A stretch of 64,000 nt of DNA, taken from assembly GCA_951406725.2 (NCBI GenBank), contig OX597814.1, forward strand, positions 150,102,001-150,166,000. Reading direction: 5' to 3'. A program made the position numbers and the translations under genes. The notes beneath the pieces are model-generated. The model made no database searches and was not told the DNA's origin. It saw only the letters and a program-made list of their open reading frames with translations. Numbering within the stretch: the stretch's first letter is position 1; each line of letters begins with the position of its first letter. This document shows positions 62,965-64,000 of the stretch, in pieces. Origin of the DNA: Octopus vulgaris (lineage: Eukaryota).

Positions 62965-63826
62965 CAGCATGTCCCAAAAGTCACTGAGGGGTTTCAGTTT
63001 TTAACAACTTCCTTAACTTTTCAAATAAATGCCTGAAATTTTGATAGAATATAAAAGACATAATGGAAATTAATATGCTTAAGTCAAATTTTGCAACACC
63101 ACTACAGCACATATGAGAAATGACATTGCTTATATGGCAGTTATTTTTGGCTTTGCACACCTGTGCTCTTTCCAAGACTTGCACCATAACACCTTCAAGA
63201 GTTTCAGACCCTACTTCTCTGATTTCTCAATTGATGTTCTTCAGTTGGACCAGGGTCTCTGGTTTGCTGACGTAAACCCTTTCTTTCAGGTATCCCCACA
63301 AAAAAAATCTGGGATAGTCAAATCTGGGGAATGTCAAGGCCAGTTGACATTGCCATAGCAGGAGATTATTCTTTCTCCATAGCATTGCTGTAGCAACTGC
63401 ATTGTTTCTCTTGTGGTCCGAGCAGTTGCTCCATCTTGCTGGAACCATGTGTGAGATCTATTTTGAATGGCTGGGTGCAAAAAGGTCTCAGTCATTGATA
63501 CCTGAAAGAGAGGGTTTATATCAACAAACCAGAGACCTTGGTGCAACTGAAGAACATCAATAGAGAAATCAGAGAAGTAGGGTCTGAAACTCTTGAGGGT
63601 GTTATGGTGCAAGCTTTGGAAAGAGCACAGGTGTGCGAAGCTGAAAATGGCTTCCATGTAAGTGATGGCATTTTTCATATACGATGTAGTGGTGTTGCAA
63701 AATTTGACTTGTGCATATTAATTTCGATTATGTTCTTTATATTATATCAAAATTCTATGTATTTATTTGTAAAGGTAAGGAAATTATTAAAAATTGAAAT
63801 CCATCATTTACTTTTGGGACACCCTG
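62965..63826. mobile_element. Tc1/mariner-superfamily foldback derivative with 330-bp inverted arms and TA flanks
   Basis: 62965-63294 is the reverse complement of 63497-63826; TA on both sides. Peptides WFQQDGATA and FFLWGYLKERVY. Confidence 0.85.
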
Positions 63827-64000
63827 TATATACACATAATGATTACCTCTTCTTGTCAGATGATAGCCATCTCACATTCAGCCTGATTGTTCTGATTTAC
63901 TTTCATTCTTGCATGTGCATGGATATGACTTCTCTTACCATCCATCCATCACCATAGGCCTTTAAAAGTACAAAACAGATCAAGAAATGATCCTTTGATA

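Overview
AT-rich, repeat-dense eukaryotic DNA. The SINE/LINE families resemble those I associate with octopus or other coleoid cephalopods; that assignment is inference. The window holds seven internal coding exons of a plus-strand MINDY4/FAM188B-like deubiquitinase gene (26807-59315), with the first exons and the last exon outside the window. The main feature is a ~22.5-kb minus-strand insertion (about 3335-25860). It consists of an intact RTE-type LINE whose 1055-aa APE-endonuclease/RT ORF has a PHD-type C4HC3 finger embedded in the RT domain. The 5' end of this LINE continues directly into 30 full copies plus one partial copy of a near-identical ~602-bp monomer (18.6 kb). The whole block splits a single tRNA-derived SINE into two halves that rejoin cleanly, so the array lies inside the retrotransposon boundaries and looks like a massively amplified 5'-UTR/promoter monomer. 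The remaining intronic DNA holds further RTE copies (one nested with a TSD), Dong/R4-like LINE pieces in (TAA)n, a Penelope-like GIY-YIG relic, mariner/Tc1 relics (one foldback), several SINE families and microsatellites. No CRISPR, rRNA or true tRNA gene was found.
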